NCBI GenBank assembly: GCA_965203485.1
Contig: OZ241892.1
Span: forward strand, 2,144,001 to 2,208,000
Source of the DNA: Longimicrobiales bacterium
Lineage (GTDB): Bacteria > Gemmatimonadota > Gemmatimonadetes > Longimicrobiales > Gaopeijiaceae
Direction of reading: 5' to 3'
DNA length: 64,000 bases
Shown here: one piece after another, positions 8,568 to 18,348 of the stretch
How the letters are laid out: each line of letters starts with the position of its first letter
Numbering within the stretch: the stretch's first letter is position 1
Program-made: the position numbers and the translations under genes
The notes under the pieces: generated by a model
The model's database searches: none
Told to the model about the DNA's origin: nothing
Seen by the model: the letters and a program-made list of their open reading frames with translations, nothing else

Positions 8568-10729
8568 ACCAGCCCCGAGAGGCCATGGCCAGTCCTGCCG
8601 AGCCCCGAGACGCCACGGCCGACCCCGCCGCGGGCCGAGACGCTTCCGCCGCCGCTCCCGTCCCCGGCGACGGCGCTTCCATTCCCTCCATGGACGCTCT
8701 CGACCGCAAGGCCGCGGACGCCTTTCCCGGCTACCTGGTGCGCAAGGACCTGGTTCGGCGCTACGCCCGCCAGTACCCGGTGCCCACCTACGTCGTGGAG
8801 TTCCTGCTGGGCCGCTACTGCGCCAGCGTGAACGAAGACGAGATCGCCGAAGGACTCGCCATCGTCGAGAAGCAGCTGGAGGGACGCACGGTGCGCCCGG
8901 GGGACCGCGAGGTCTTTCGCTCTCGCGCCCGGGAGGACGGATCGGTGAAGCTCATCGACGTGGTGCGCGTGCGGCTGGACGCCCAGAACGACCGCTACGT
9001 GGCCGAGCTGCCCAGCTTGTCGCTGAAGGACGCGCGCATAGGCGACGGGATCGTCAAGCGCAACCAGCGGCTGCTGTCCGACGGCTTCTATGCGGAAGTG
9101 TCGCTGGAATACGACGCGGTGGTCGCGCTGGAGGAGAAGGGGCAGCCGTTCGGCGTGGCCTCGCTTCGTCCGGTGCAGATGTCGGATCCCAACGTGCTCG
9201 ACGTGCTGGCCAAGGGCCGCGAGGCGTTCAGCACGGCCGAGTGGCTGGACTTCCTGCTTCGCTCCACGGGACTGGAGCCCGGAGCGATGGACGAGGCGGC
9301 CAAGCGCGTGGCGCTCCTGCGCCTGGTGCCGTTCGTGGAGCGCAACTACAACTTGGTGGAACTGGGGCCGCGGGGCACTGGAAAGAGTCACGCGTACCAG
9401 CAGATATCGCCTTTCTCTCACTTGTTGTCGGGAGGCAAGGCGACGGTCGCGAAGATGTTCGTCAACATGGCCAGCGGGCAGCGCGGCCTGGTCTGCCAGT
9501 ACGACGTGGTGTGCTTCGACGAGATCGCCGGCATTTCGTTCGACCAGAAGGACGGCGTGAACATCATGAAGGGGTACATGGCGTCGGGCGAGTTCAGCCG
9601 GGGCAAGGAGAGCATCCGCGCAGAGGGATCGCTGGTCATGGTCGGCAACTTCGACGTCTCGGTCGAGCAGCAGCAGCGCATCGGCCACTTGCTGAGCCCC
9701 CTGCCCCCCCAGATGCGCGACGACACGGCCTTTCACGACCGCATTCACGCCTACGCGCCGGGCTGGGACTTTCCCAAGCTGGATCCGCGCAAGCACCTGA
9801 CCGACCGCTTCGGGTTGGTCAACGACTTCCTGAGCGCGTGCTGGACGCGGTTGCGCGAGACGACCCGCCTTCCGGTCCTGCAGAACCGCGTCTTCTGGGG
9901 CGGCGCCATGTCCGGCAGGGACATCGAAGCCGCCAACAAGACGGTCTCGGGCCTCCTCAAGCTCCTGTTCCCGGGCCCCGCCATGGCCGTGGAGGACGAG
10001 GACCTGGAGTGGGTCGCGCGCTTGGCCCTGGAGTCGCGCCGCCGCGTCAAGGAACAGCAGAAGCGGTGCCTGAAGGCCGAATTTCGCGACACGCACTTCT
10101 CCTTCGTCCTGGGCGTGGACGGTCCGGAACGGTTCGTCGCCACTCCGGAACTGCGAAGCGACGAAGCGATCAGCGCCGACCCCCTGCCCGCCGGCCAGAT
10201 CTGGTCGATCGGCCCGGGCACGGAGGGAACCGGTCCCGGCCTTCACCGCATAGAGGTCGCGTCCGGTCCCGGCAGCGGCGCCAAGATCCTCAACCACCCG
10301 GCGCCGCCCTCGTTTCGCGAAAGCGTGCGCATCGGCGAGCAGAACTTGTACGCCCGGGCCGCCGAGCTGGTCGGCCACCGCGACGCCCGCGGCCACGAGT
10401 ACGCGATTCAGCTGCGCCCGTTCGACGCCGACCGTTCCGGCGCGGGCCTGGGCTTGGCGGTGCTGGCGGCCATGACCGGCGCGTTGCTGGATCGTCGCAC
10501 GCGGGGCGGCGCCATCGTGGCGGGCGCCCTCAACCTGGGCGGATCGCTCGAGCGCGTGGCCGATCCGGTCGCGATCGCCGAACTCGCCGCTGACAAGCAG
10601 GCATCCGTCCTCCTGATGCCCGTGGGCGCCCGGCGCGAACTGGCGAACCTGCCCGACGACGTCTGGACCAAGCTCAACATCGAGTTCTACCGCGACGGCC
10701 CGGACGCGGTGTTCAAGGTGCTGGAGTAA
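8564..10729 (+). CDS. brxL: BREX BrxL (AAA+ ATPase with Lon-like C-terminal domain)
   Basis: ATGA overlap with pglZ. Motifs VRKDLV..YPVPTYVVEFLLGRYC, ERNYNLVELGPRGTGKS (Walker A), VCFDE (Walker B), KGYMASGEFSRG and RRRVKEQ. Confidence 0.92.
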   Translation: MNQPREAMASPAEPRDATADPAAGRDASAAAPVPGDGASIPSMDALDRKAADAFPGYLVRKDLVRRYARQYPVPTYVVEFLLGRYCASVNEDEIAEGLAIVEKQLEGRTVRPGDREVFRSRAREDGSVKLIDVVRVRLDAQNDRYVAELPSLSLKDARIGDGIVKRNQRLLSDGFYAEVSLEYDAVVALEEKGQPFGVASLRPVQMSDPNVLDVLAKGREAFSTAEWLDFLLRSTGLEPGAMDEAAKRVALLRLVPFVERNYNLVELGPRGTGKSHAYQQISPFSHLLSGGKATVAKMFVNMASGQRGLVCQYDVVCFDEIAGISFDQKDGVNIMKGYMASGEFSRGKESIRAEGSLVMVGNFDVSVEQQQRIGHLLSPLPPQMRDDTAFHDRIHAYAPGWDFPKLDPRKHLTDRFGLVNDFLSACWTRLRETTRLPVLQNRVFWGGAMSGRDIEAANKTVSGLLKLLFPGPAMAVEDEDLEWVARLALESRRRVKEQQKRCLKAEFRDTHFSFVLGVDGPERFVATPELRSDEAISADPLPAGQIWSIGPGTEGTGPGLHRIEVASGPGSGAKILNHPAPPSFRESVRIGEQNLYARAAELVGHRDARGHEYAIQLRPFDADRSGAGLGLAVLAAMTGALLDRRTRGGAIVAGALNLGGSLERVADPVAIAELAADKQASVLLMPVGARRELANLPDDVWTKLNIEFYRDGPDAVFKVLE

Positions 10730-10777
10730 GGTTCGCGTCCGGCTCCGCGTGCTGCCGGGCCGCGCTGGGAAAGCCTC

Positions 10778-11977
10778 TCACGCCGGCCGCGTCGTCCGCT
10801 CCACGCGCGGCATCGTCCTACGCAGGTATTGGTCGAAGAGCGGGACCGTGAACGCGGTGTCGCCATGGGCCGGGCTGTAGATCATCCCCTTCTCGATCAG
10901 TTGCGCGCGCGTCGGCGCCACGGACGTGACCGCCTTGCCGAGAACGTCGGCGATCCCTCCCGAGCGATGGGGACCCGGGCCGAGTTCGGCCATCGCTCGC
11001 AAGTACCGCTTCTGCGCCGGCGCGAGTCGCTCGAAGCGCACTCGAAAGAAGGCGGCGTCCAAGTCGGCCACGGCGGCGGCGGTGGCGGCATCCACGTTTG
11101 CCACGGTGATCGGCGAGCTCTCCGCCACGTCCCAGCAGTGCTTTCCCCATTCCTGGAGGAAGTAGGGATAGCCGTGGGTGCGCCGGATGATCGCGTGCAC
11201 TGCCGCCCTCTCGTACAGAACGCCGTGGGGCCGCGCCGGCGCTTCCAAGGCGAGGGCGGCGGGTTCGTCCTCCAGCGGCCCGACGTCGGCAACGCTGAAG
11301 AGGCGCTCCGCATAGGACCTCGCTTCGCCGGCGCGAGCGACGATCTGCGGAAGTCCGGCGCCCACGAGAGCGACCGGCAACTGCGTTTGGGCGATCCGGT
11401 GAAAGGCGGTGATCAGCGCCCCGAATTCGCGCCGCTCCAGGTACTGCAGTTCGTCCACGAAAAGAGCCAGGGCGGTCTTGCTTCCATGAGCCGCTTCCCC
11501 GGCGACCCGCAACAAGTCCCAGAGGTCGTGTTCGAGATTGCCGCTGTCGGCGACGCCGGGTTCGGCGTCCAACGCCAAGCCGAATTCGAGGCCCTGATGC
11601 TTGACCCTCGCCGCCGACACGAAGCCGCCCAGCACCCGAAGCGCGCGCTTGGTCAAGTCCCCTGCCGCCGCCCGCCGGCTCATCTTCACCAGCGTCGCGT
11701 GCAGGGGCGCCGTGAGCAACGCCGGCAACGAACCGCCCTCGGGCGCTTCCACCACCACGGTCGCGAACCCCCGGTCGGCCGCGTCCATTGCGATCCGATT
11801 CAACAGGACGGTCTTGCCGACGCCCCGCAGTCCCACGGCCACCATGCACTTGGCCGCCAGTCCGTTGCGGATCCGGTCCAGGGCGATGCTGGCCTCTTCC
11901 AGCAGCCTGTTGCGGCCGGCCAGCTCCGGCGGAGGCGTCCCGGCTCCGGGAGAATAGGGGTTCGTGCGGGGATCCAT
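10778..11977 (-). CDS. AAA family ATP-binding protein with C-terminal winged helix
   Basis: NPYSPGAG.PPPELAGR, GLRGVGKT (Walker A), LFVDELQ (Walker B), GYPYFLQEWG. Confidence 0.85.
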   Translation of the reverse strand: MDPRTNPYSPGAGTPPPELAGRNRLLEEASIALDRIRNGLAAKCMVAVGLRGVGKTVLLNRIAMDAADRGFATVVVEAPEGGSLPALLTAPLHATLVKMSRRAAAGDLTKRALRVLGGFVSAARVKHQGLEFGLALDAEPGVADSGNLEHDLWDLLRVAGEAAHGSKTALALFVDELQYLERREFGALITAFHRIAQTQLPVALVGAGLPQIVARAGEARSYAERLFSVADVGPLEDEPAALALEAPARPHGVLYERAAVHAIIRRTHGYPYFLQEWGKHCWDVAESSPITVANVDAATAAAVADLDAAFFRVRFERLAPAQKRYLRAMAELGPGPHRSGGIADVLGKAVTSVAPTRAQLIEKGMIYSPAHGDTAFTVPLFDQYLRRTMPRVERTTRPA

Positions 11978-11996
11978 GGGCTTCTTCGCAGGCGAT

Positions 11997-12055
11997 TTTG
12001 AGTGAAGTTATCCCAGTTTATCCAAAAATGATAATATGGGGTAAGATCGCTCAAA
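11997..12055. promoter_or_regulatory. 59-bp AT-rich imperfect palindrome, likely promoter/operator of the 10778-11977 ATPase
   Basis: Left arm TTTGAGTGAAGTTATCCCAGTTTATC pairs with 12030-12055 at 20 of 26 positions, with a 7-nt centre; lies about 20 nt upstream of the ATG. Confidence 0.6.
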
Positions 12056-12138
12056 TCCTGGTGTTGGCCGTCCCTGGAGTCGCTTGGCGCGCTCTTGGTT
12101 CGCCAGAAGTCCCCGGCCCCGCCGGCCTTCCCCGCCCG

Positions 12139-13317
12139 TCACGCATCAACCGGCCGCGTCGCGTTCAATCGCCGCACGACGTCCTCCACGGTCACCGCCT
12201 CCACGCCGCGCCGCAACGGGAAGCTGTCGTCGCCGGCGTGGACGACGTACTTGCGTGTGGGCCGAAGGTCGTCGCAGGCCGCGTGGAAGCCTCGTGAGAC
12301 CGACGGGACCGAGCTTCGCTTGACCTCGATCGCCCACAGCTCGCCGGCGCCCAGGTCGAGCGCCAAGTCGATCTCGGCGCCGCCACGGGTCCGGTAGTAG
12401 CCCCCCTGGGCGTGGACGGGGGCGGCGCCCAGGATGCTCTCGAGGACGAACCCCTCCCAGCTTCCGCCGACGACGGGATGGCCCAGGAGGGAGTCGTAGG
12501 ACTCGATTCCGAGCAAGGCGTGGCAGACGCCGCTGTCCCGCAAGTAGGTCTTGGGCGCCTTCACCAAGCGCTTGCCGACGTTGCTGGACCACGAGGAAAG
12601 GCGGCGCGCGAGCAGCAAGTCCACCATGAGGTCGAGGTAGCGGCCGACCGTCACGCCCTTCACGCCGAGGCTGCGCGCCAGCAAGGCGGCGTTGAACGCT
12701 TGGCCTTGGTTGTGGGCCAGCATCGTCCAGAAGCGGCGGAGCGTCTCGCTCGGGATGCGGGGGCCGAGCGCGGGGATGTCGCGTTCGAGATACGTCCGCG
12801 CGAAGTCAAAGCGCCACTCGAAGCTGGCGCGGTCGTCGCCGGCCAGGAAGCTCTCGGGCAGGCCGCCCCGCAACCAGAGTTCGTCGCGAGCGCCCTGGGG
12901 AACCTCGCCAACGTTCAGCGGGCGGAGCTCGAAGTGCGCGACGCGACCCGCCAAGGTCTCGCCCGACTGCCGAAGCAGGTCCAACGACGCCGAGCCGAGG
13001 AAGAGGAAGTGTCCCGCCCGCCGGCCCTCGCGTCCGCGCTCGTCGATGATGCCGCGCAAAGGCTCGAACAGACCGGGCATCCGCTGGATCTCGTCGAAGA
13101 CGACGAGTCGGCCGGCATGGCGCGCGCAATAGCGCTCGACGTCCGCGAGCTTGGCGGCGTCGCTGGGGCGCTCCAGGTCGACGTAGGCCGCGTCTCGTTC
13201 CCGTGCGATCTCGAGAGCGAGGGTCGTCTTGCCGACTTGGCGCGTGCCCGTGAGCACGACGGCGGGCGCGCGGTCCAGCATGCCCTGGACCACCGCCTTG
13301 GCTTGGCGCGGGATCAT
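12139..13317 (-). CDS. AAA_14-type ATPase with DUF4143 / PD-(D/E)XK-like C-terminus
   Basis: GTRQVGKT, VFDEIQR, LGSAS, RGGLPE, KRLVKAPK.Y.RDSG and YYRTRGGAEID...IEVK; GGAGG before the ATG at 13317. Confidence 0.9.
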   Translation of the reverse strand: MIPRQAKAVVQGMLDRAPAVVLTGTRQVGKTTLALEIARERDAAYVDLERPSDAAKLADVERYCARHAGRLVVFDEIQRMPGLFEPLRGIIDERGREGRRAGHFLFLGSASLDLLRQSGETLAGRVAHFELRPLNVGEVPQGARDELWLRGGLPESFLAGDDRASFEWRFDFARTYLERDIPALGPRIPSETLRRFWTMLAHNQGQAFNAALLARSLGVKGVTVGRYLDLMVDLLLARRLSSWSSNVGKRLVKAPKTYLRDSGVCHALLGIESYDSLLGHPVVGGSWEGFVLESILGAAPVHAQGGYYRTRGGAEIDLALDLGAGELWAIEVKRSSVPSVSRGFHAACDDLRPTRKYVVHAGDDSFPLRRGVEAVTVEDVVRRLNATRPVDA

Positions 13318-13344
13318 GGAGCCTCCGAATCCGGCATGGCGCAA

Positions 13345-13380
13345 CTACGCAAATGTAACACAGCATATGCGATTTGCACC
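13345..13380 (-). promoter_or_regulatory. Putative promoter/operator of the 12139-13317 ATPase
   Basis: AT-rich patch with inverted repeat GCAAAT(13349-54)-N17-ATTTGC(13372-77); the minus strand has a TG.TACATT extended -10-like element. Confidence 0.45.
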
Positions 13381-13502
13381 TACGCAAGCACCGACGACAA
13401 TCGAACTACAGCTCTCCTGCGCCCCGCCGACGCCAACGACGAGGACGCCGCGAAGCCCGCCGAAAAGGAACGCCGCGGACCTGCTGCTCGGCGGCTGACG
13501 AC

Positions 13503-14786
13503 CTAGCGACCCCCCAGCACGGCCGCGATCTCCACCAGCGCGTCTTCCAGCTCCGACCGCTCCACGGTCAAGGGCGGCGCGAACCGAACCACCTGCTCGT
13601 GCGTCTCCTTGGCGAGGATCCCCCGTTTCTGGAGCGCCTCGCAGAAGGGCCGCGCCGTGCCGGAGGACTCTCGGATCACGACGCCGATCATCAGGCCCTT
13701 GCCCCGCACCTCCTCGACGTGCGGCGACGGAATCGCCCGCAGCCGCTCCATGAACCAGCGGCCCAGCTCGTCGGAGCGCCGCGACAAGTCCTCCTCCAGC
13801 ACCACCCGCAGCGACGCCCGGCCGACCGCCGCGCCCAGCGGATTGCCGCCGAACGTCGAGCCGTGGTCGCCCGGACGAAACACGTCCATGAACTCGGAGT
13901 CCGTGATCACCGCCGACACCGGGTACACGCCGCCGCCCAGCGCCTTGCCAACGACGAGCACGTCGGGCCGCACGTCTTCCCACTCGCAGCAGAACAGCCG
14001 GCCCGCGCGGCCCAGGCCCGTCTGAATCTCGTCGGCCACAAACGCCACGCCGTTCTCGCGGCAGAGCGCCGCCGCCGCCGCCAAGTAGCCTTCGGGCGGC
14101 ACCACCACGCCCGCCTCGCCCTGGATCGGCTCGACCAGGAAGGCCGCCGTGTTCGGTCCCACCGCCGCGCGCAACGCCTCGATGTCGCCGTACGGCACGA
14201 GCTTGAAGCCCGGCGTGAACGGCCCGAATCCCTCGCGGTACTGCTCTTCCGACGAGAAGCCCACGATGGTCGTCGTGCGGCCGTGGAAGTTGTCCTCGCA
14301 CACGACGATCTCGGCTTGGCCGACCGGGATTCCGCGCGTCTCGTAGCCCCACTTGCGCACCATCTTGACGGCGGTCTCGACGGCTTCCGCGCCCGTGTTC
14401 ATGGGCAGGGCCGCCTCGTAGCCCGCCGCCTCGCACAGCTCGCGCAGGAACGGCCCCATCTGGTCGTTGTGGAAAGCGCGCGAAGTGAGCGTGAGCCGCT
14501 CCATCTGGGTCTGCGCCGCGGCCATGATCGCGGGATGGCGGTGCCCCTGGTTGAGAGCCGAGTAGGCACTCAGCATGTCCAGGTAGCGGTTGCCCTCCAC
14601 GTCCCAGACCCAAGCCCCCTCGCCGCGGTCCAGCACGACGGGCAACGGCAGGTAGTTGCGGGCGGACCAGCGCTCGGCTTCGTCCAGGTAGGCCGTCGTG
14701 CGCTCGGCGGAGGCCGCTACGGGGCCCAGGGCGCCGGGCGCGGTGGTCGAAGAACGACGGGGCGCGGTAGCGGTGGCAGAGGTCAT
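13503..14786 (-). CDS. rocD: Ornithine--oxo-acid transaminase (class III PLP aminotransferase)
   Basis: YLDMLSAYSALNQGHRHP, LTLTSRAFHND, MNTGAEAVETA, FHGRT, EPIQGEAG, DEIQTGLGR, GKALGGG and HGSTFGGNPL. Start could instead be 14798. Confidence 0.93.
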   Translation of the reverse strand: MTSATATAPRRSSTTAPGALGPVAASAERTTAYLDEAERWSARNYLPLPVVLDRGEGAWVWDVEGNRYLDMLSAYSALNQGHRHPAIMAAAQTQMERLTLTSRAFHNDQMGPFLRELCEAAGYEAALPMNTGAEAVETAVKMVRKWGYETRGIPVGQAEIVVCEDNFHGRTTTIVGFSSEEQYREGFGPFTPGFKLVPYGDIEALRAAVGPNTAAFLVEPIQGEAGVVVPPEGYLAAAAALCRENGVAFVADEIQTGLGRAGRLFCCEWEDVRPDVLVVGKALGGGVYPVSAVITDSEFMDVFRPGDHGSTFGGNPLGAAVGRASLRVVLEEDLSRRSDELGRWFMERLRAIPSPHVEEVRGKGLMIGVVIRESSGTARPFCEALQKRGILAKETHEQVVRFAPPLTVERSELEDALVEIAAVLGGR

Positions 14787-15018
14787 TGCGAAGCCCATGG
14801 AATGCGTGAAGTGTCGCCGTGGTCGTCCCAGGCGCGCTCTCCTTTTGGAAGGATCAAGGGCGGCCCGGATCGCGAACAACACCAAATCTAGCGCGACGAA
14901 CGGGATTCCGCGCACGGCAGGCCGCCCGCGGCCACAGGCGCGAGCCCTCCACGCTGGTCGGTCACCAGGATGCGATGAACTCCGCCGTTCGATGCCGACC
15001 GCAATGCCCCGTCCTGCT

Positions 15019-16599
15019 TCACATCCCCCAGACTTCGATCTCGGGGCCGTCCGCCGGCGTCTCGGCACGGCGAAAGATCTTGTCCGTCCACGATCGTCCT
15101 TCGCGCCGGTCGAACACAATCAAGTGCCCAGCGTCGGCGTCGCACCGGTCCATGTAGCGCGCAGTCTGTTCCAAGCCCTTGGCCACCGTGCGCTTGCGAC
15201 TCGACCGCAACACCTTGCACTCGACCACGAACCGTTGTTCGCGCTCGTCCGCCGCCACCGGCCACAGTACCAGAAGATCGGTGCGCCAGCGTCCGAGTCC
15301 GTACTCGCGTTCGATGCGGCCACCGCTGTTCACGACCCGCTGCAAGAACGCCTGGAGGAGAAGCTGTGGTCCGGCTTCCCGGTACTGGAAGCGGCCCATC
15401 CAGTGCTCGGAGTTGGCCCGGAAGAACACCTGGAACGCCTCCAGCAAGCCCGGCATGTCCAGCCGGCCCGCGTCGTCCACGTACCAAGTGGGCTCGGCCT
15501 CCATTTCCTCTTGGGCGGCCCACGTCAGCTCGCGCGGGATCACCTCGGCGTAGATGGGATTCGCCACGCGCAACGGTCTGCTTGCCGCCACGAGCCCCAA
15601 GTCCCGGACATACTCCAGGTCGCGGTCCGCGAACTCGGCCTCGTCGCTTCCGCTCAGCATCGGCTCGACGACCCGGCGCACGCGTTCTTCCTTGAGCTTG
15701 TCGGCGAGCTGGTCCAGATGCGTCTCCCGCCGGGCGATTAGTCGTTCTTGCGCGGCCCGGATCGCGGCCGTTCCGATGACCCGCGATCGATCGCGCCCCG
15801 CCTTGTCCTCGAAGCACGCTTCAGCGGCAAGGGCGTTGACCAGCCAGGGCTGGCCCCGGGTCTGCCTCCACACGAGGTCCAGCGCCTCGGACGCGAACGA
15901 CTGCCCTGTTTCGGCCGTGTGCTGCTGCAGGAGCGCGGTCGTCTCGGCGACGGAGAAGTCGCCCAGGCGCAGAGACTTGGCCTTGACGTTGAAGGCGCTT
16001 CCGCCGGTCACGAGTTCGTTGGCGGACCTGGAGCGGATGCGGTAGTCGCGCACGTCCCGCACGCCGCAGAGCGCCAAGCTCTGAGGGAACGCGCCGGGAC
16101 GCTGGTCGTACCCGGACCGCAGCTGGCGCAACGCCGACAGCAGGGAATCCCCCGCCAGGGCGTCGATTTCGTCGATCAGCACGACCACGGGCCGGTCGCC
16201 GGCTTGGCACCAGCGCGTCAGCGCCTCGCCCAGCGCCGCGGGGCCGAACTCCGCGAAGATGCCGGGCCATTCCTTGGCCAGGAAGTCGTCGCCGAGCGCG
16301 ACCCGGGCTCTGGACGCCAAGACGCCGAGGACGATGCGCACGGCCTGTTCGACGTCGTCCCGAGCCGTCTGCGCCGCCTCGACGTTCGCATAGACGCAAC
16401 GGTACCGTCCTTGCGCGTTGAGCAGGTCGCGCAATGCGAGCAAAGTGGACGTCTTTCCGGTCTGGCGCGGAGCGTGAAGCACGAAGTACTTGCGCTGATC
16501 GACGAGGGACAACACGTCGCCGAGGTCCACGCGCTCCAACGGCGGTATGCAATAGTGGCGCTCGCGCTCCACGGGGCCCGCGGTGTTGAAGAAGCGCAC
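15019..16599 (-). CDS. AAA ATPase with C-terminal PD-(D/E)XK-like domain
   Basis: GTG start RFFNTAGP; HAPRQTGKT, LIDEID, SAFNVKA, GQPWLVNAL and REYGLGR.RTDL...VVECK. Confidence 0.85.
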   Translation of the reverse strand: MRFFNTAGPVERERHYCIPPLERVDLGDVLSLVDQRKYFVLHAPRQTGKTSTLLALRDLLNAQGRYRCVYANVEAAQTARDDVEQAVRIVLGVLASRARVALGDDFLAKEWPGIFAEFGPAALGEALTRWCQAGDRPVVVLIDEIDALAGDSLLSALRQLRSGYDQRPGAFPQSLALCGVRDVRDYRIRSRSANELVTGGSAFNVKAKSLRLGDFSVAETTALLQQHTAETGQSFASEALDLVWRQTRGQPWLVNALAAEACFEDKAGRDRSRVIGTAAIRAAQERLIARRETHLDQLADKLKEERVRRVVEPMLSGSDEAEFADRDLEYVRDLGLVAASRPLRVANPIYAEVIPRELTWAAQEEMEAEPTWYVDDAGRLDMPGLLEAFQVFFRANSEHWMGRFQYREAGPQLLLQAFLQRVVNSGGRIEREYGLGRWRTDLLVLWPVAADEREQRFVVECKVLRSSRKRTVAKGLEQTARYMDRCDADAGHLIVFDRREGRSWTDKIFRRAETPADGPEIEVWGM

Positions 16600-16601
16600 G
16601 G

Positions 16602-17561
16602 TTACGCGTGCCTGGTCACCGACCTCGACGGCTCCTCGTTGACCGACAGCGTGAAGACGTCGGGCCGCGCATAGTGGCCGACGACGTCGAAGTCGAACTT
16701 GCCGCGGGCGATGTCGCCCATGTCGAGGTCCGCGTACAGGATGCCCGGCTCGCCCAGGAGGGGTCCGGCGACGGAGCGGCCCAGAGGGTCGTAGATGGAG
16801 GTGCCGCCGGGGCACAGAACATCGGGCCAGCCCGACAGCTCGTCGAGGATCTCCAGGTCGGCGGGGTAGTGCTCCTTGGTAACGAACTGGTTGCATCCTA
16901 TGACGAAGCAACGTCCTTCGAGCGCGATGTGGCGAAGCGTCGCCTGCCAGCGGTCGCGGGCGTCCGCCGTGGGCGCCAAGTAGATCTGCACGCCCTTGCC
17001 GTACATGGCCATGCGGGCCAGCGGCATGTAGTTCTCCCAACAGATGAGGCCGCCGATCTTGCCGAAGGGCGTCTCGACGACCGGGAGCGTGCTCCCGTCT
17101 CCTTCGCCCCAGACGAGGCGCTCGGCGGCGGTCGGCTTGAGCTTGCGGTGAAGGCCGGCCAGTTCGCCCCCGGGCGAGAAGTACAGCAGGGTGCAGAAGA
17201 GCGTGCCGGGCGCGTGGGCCGCGTCGCGTTCGATGACGCCCACGGCCACGTAGGCGCCGGCCTTGCGGGCCGCCTCGGCGATGCGCTCGGTCTCGGGGCC
17301 GGGCACGGAGACCGCCGCGTCGTGGTAGCGTCCGAACGTGCGCCGGCCGGCCGGCTTGCGTCCGCCGACGGCCGTGCCGAACGCCAAGCCCCACGGATAG
17401 CCGCCCACGAAGGCCTCGGGAAAGACGACGAGCTGGGCCCCCTGCGCGGCGGCTTCGGCGGTGGCGGAGCAGATGCGGTCCACGGCATGCGCCGAGTCGA
17501 AGGGAAAACCGCGCGGCTGCACGGCGGCCACGCGGACGGTGTCGGCGGGGGCTTCGGTCAC
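16602..17561 (-). CDS. Nitrilase / carbon-nitrogen hydrolase
   Basis: Catalytic E-K-C motifs FPEAF, HRKLKPT and ICWENYMP; C-terminal FDVVGHYARPD. Confidence 0.92.
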   Translation of the reverse strand: MTEAPADTVRVAAVQPRGFPFDSAHAVDRICSATAEAAAQGAQLVVFPEAFVGGYPWGLAFGTAVGGRKPAGRRTFGRYHDAAVSVPGPETERIAEAARKAGAYVAVGVIERDAAHAPGTLFCTLLYFSPGGELAGLHRKLKPTAAERLVWGEGDGSTLPVVETPFGKIGGLICWENYMPLARMAMYGKGVQIYLAPTADARDRWQATLRHIALEGRCFVIGCNQFVTKEHYPADLEILDELSGWPDVLCPGGTSIYDPLGRSVAGPLLGEPGILYADLDMGDIARGKFDFDVVGHYARPDVFTLSVNEEPSRSVTRHA

Positions 17562-17616
17562 TTGAGCGAGCGCTCCTTCGTCGAGGGATGGGGACGCTGG
17601 CGGCCTGGGGGCGGGG

Positions 17617-18348
17617 CTATTCGCAAGCCCACAGGCAAAACTGAACCAAGCTGCTGCTCCGCTCCCCGTCGATTCGCACGAGGTGGTGGTCGGTCCCGCG
17701 CGGGTCTCGCCAGCTGGTGGCCACGCCGTACGTGGCGTCCTGAAAGCGAAACAGGCCGTCCCAGACGGATTCGTCGTCGCCGGTCGGCCACGGCCTCCGT
17801 CCAAGCCCCAGTCTCGCTTCGACGTCCGGCAGGCCGGGGACGTCCGACTCCGCGAGCACTTCGTCCGGGCGGCGTGAAAAAGCCACGGCCTGCAGAGGCC
17901 CGTCCCGGGGGAGAACGCTGATGCGCAGTCTCCAGGCCCAGCCTTCGGTCATCACCAAGCTGCTGACGACGCGAGCGACCATGCCGCCGCCCGGACCGGC
18001 TGCAACGTCGTCCGCCGACCCAGGGAACAGCCACGAGATCGGCGGCGCGATCCTGGGGGAGCGGCGGTTGCTCCAGTCCAACGGGAAGACCGACTCGACC
18101 GCGCGGGCATCGACCCGGCCGAGCGAATCCACGGCGATCTCAATCCGGGCGGATGACTCGATCCACGCCTTCCGCCAAGCCGTTCCGTCCCACCGCGCGA
18201 ACGGCGTGAGATCGCTTGAGTTGCCCCAAGGGCGTGGCAAGACCACGCCGACCCACAACGTCTCGTCGGACTCCGCATCCATCGGCGGCTCGCAGGCGAG
18301 CGCTCCGGCGGACGCCGCCACAGCAGCGATCGCGAAGCAACGGGTCAT
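17617..18348 (-). CDS. Hypothetical lipoprotein, paralog of the upstream gene
   Basis: Signal peptide ending ALAC; shares LWVG, IEIAVDS.G.VD, SPRIA.P, RPDEVL..SDV.GL, GLFRF and IDGERS with 18349-19191. Confidence 0.65.
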   Translation of the reverse strand: MTRCFAIAAVAASAGALACEPPMDAESDETLWVGVVLPRPWGNSSDLTPFARWDGTAWRKAWIESSARIEIAVDSLGRVDARAVESVFPLDWSNRRSPRIAPPISWLFPGSADDVAAGPGGGMVARVVSSLVMTEGWAWRLRISVLPRDGPLQAVAFSRRPDEVLAESDVPGLPDVEARLGLGRRPWPTGDDESVWDGLFRFQDATYGVATSWRDPRGTDHHLVRIDGERSSSLVQFCLWACE

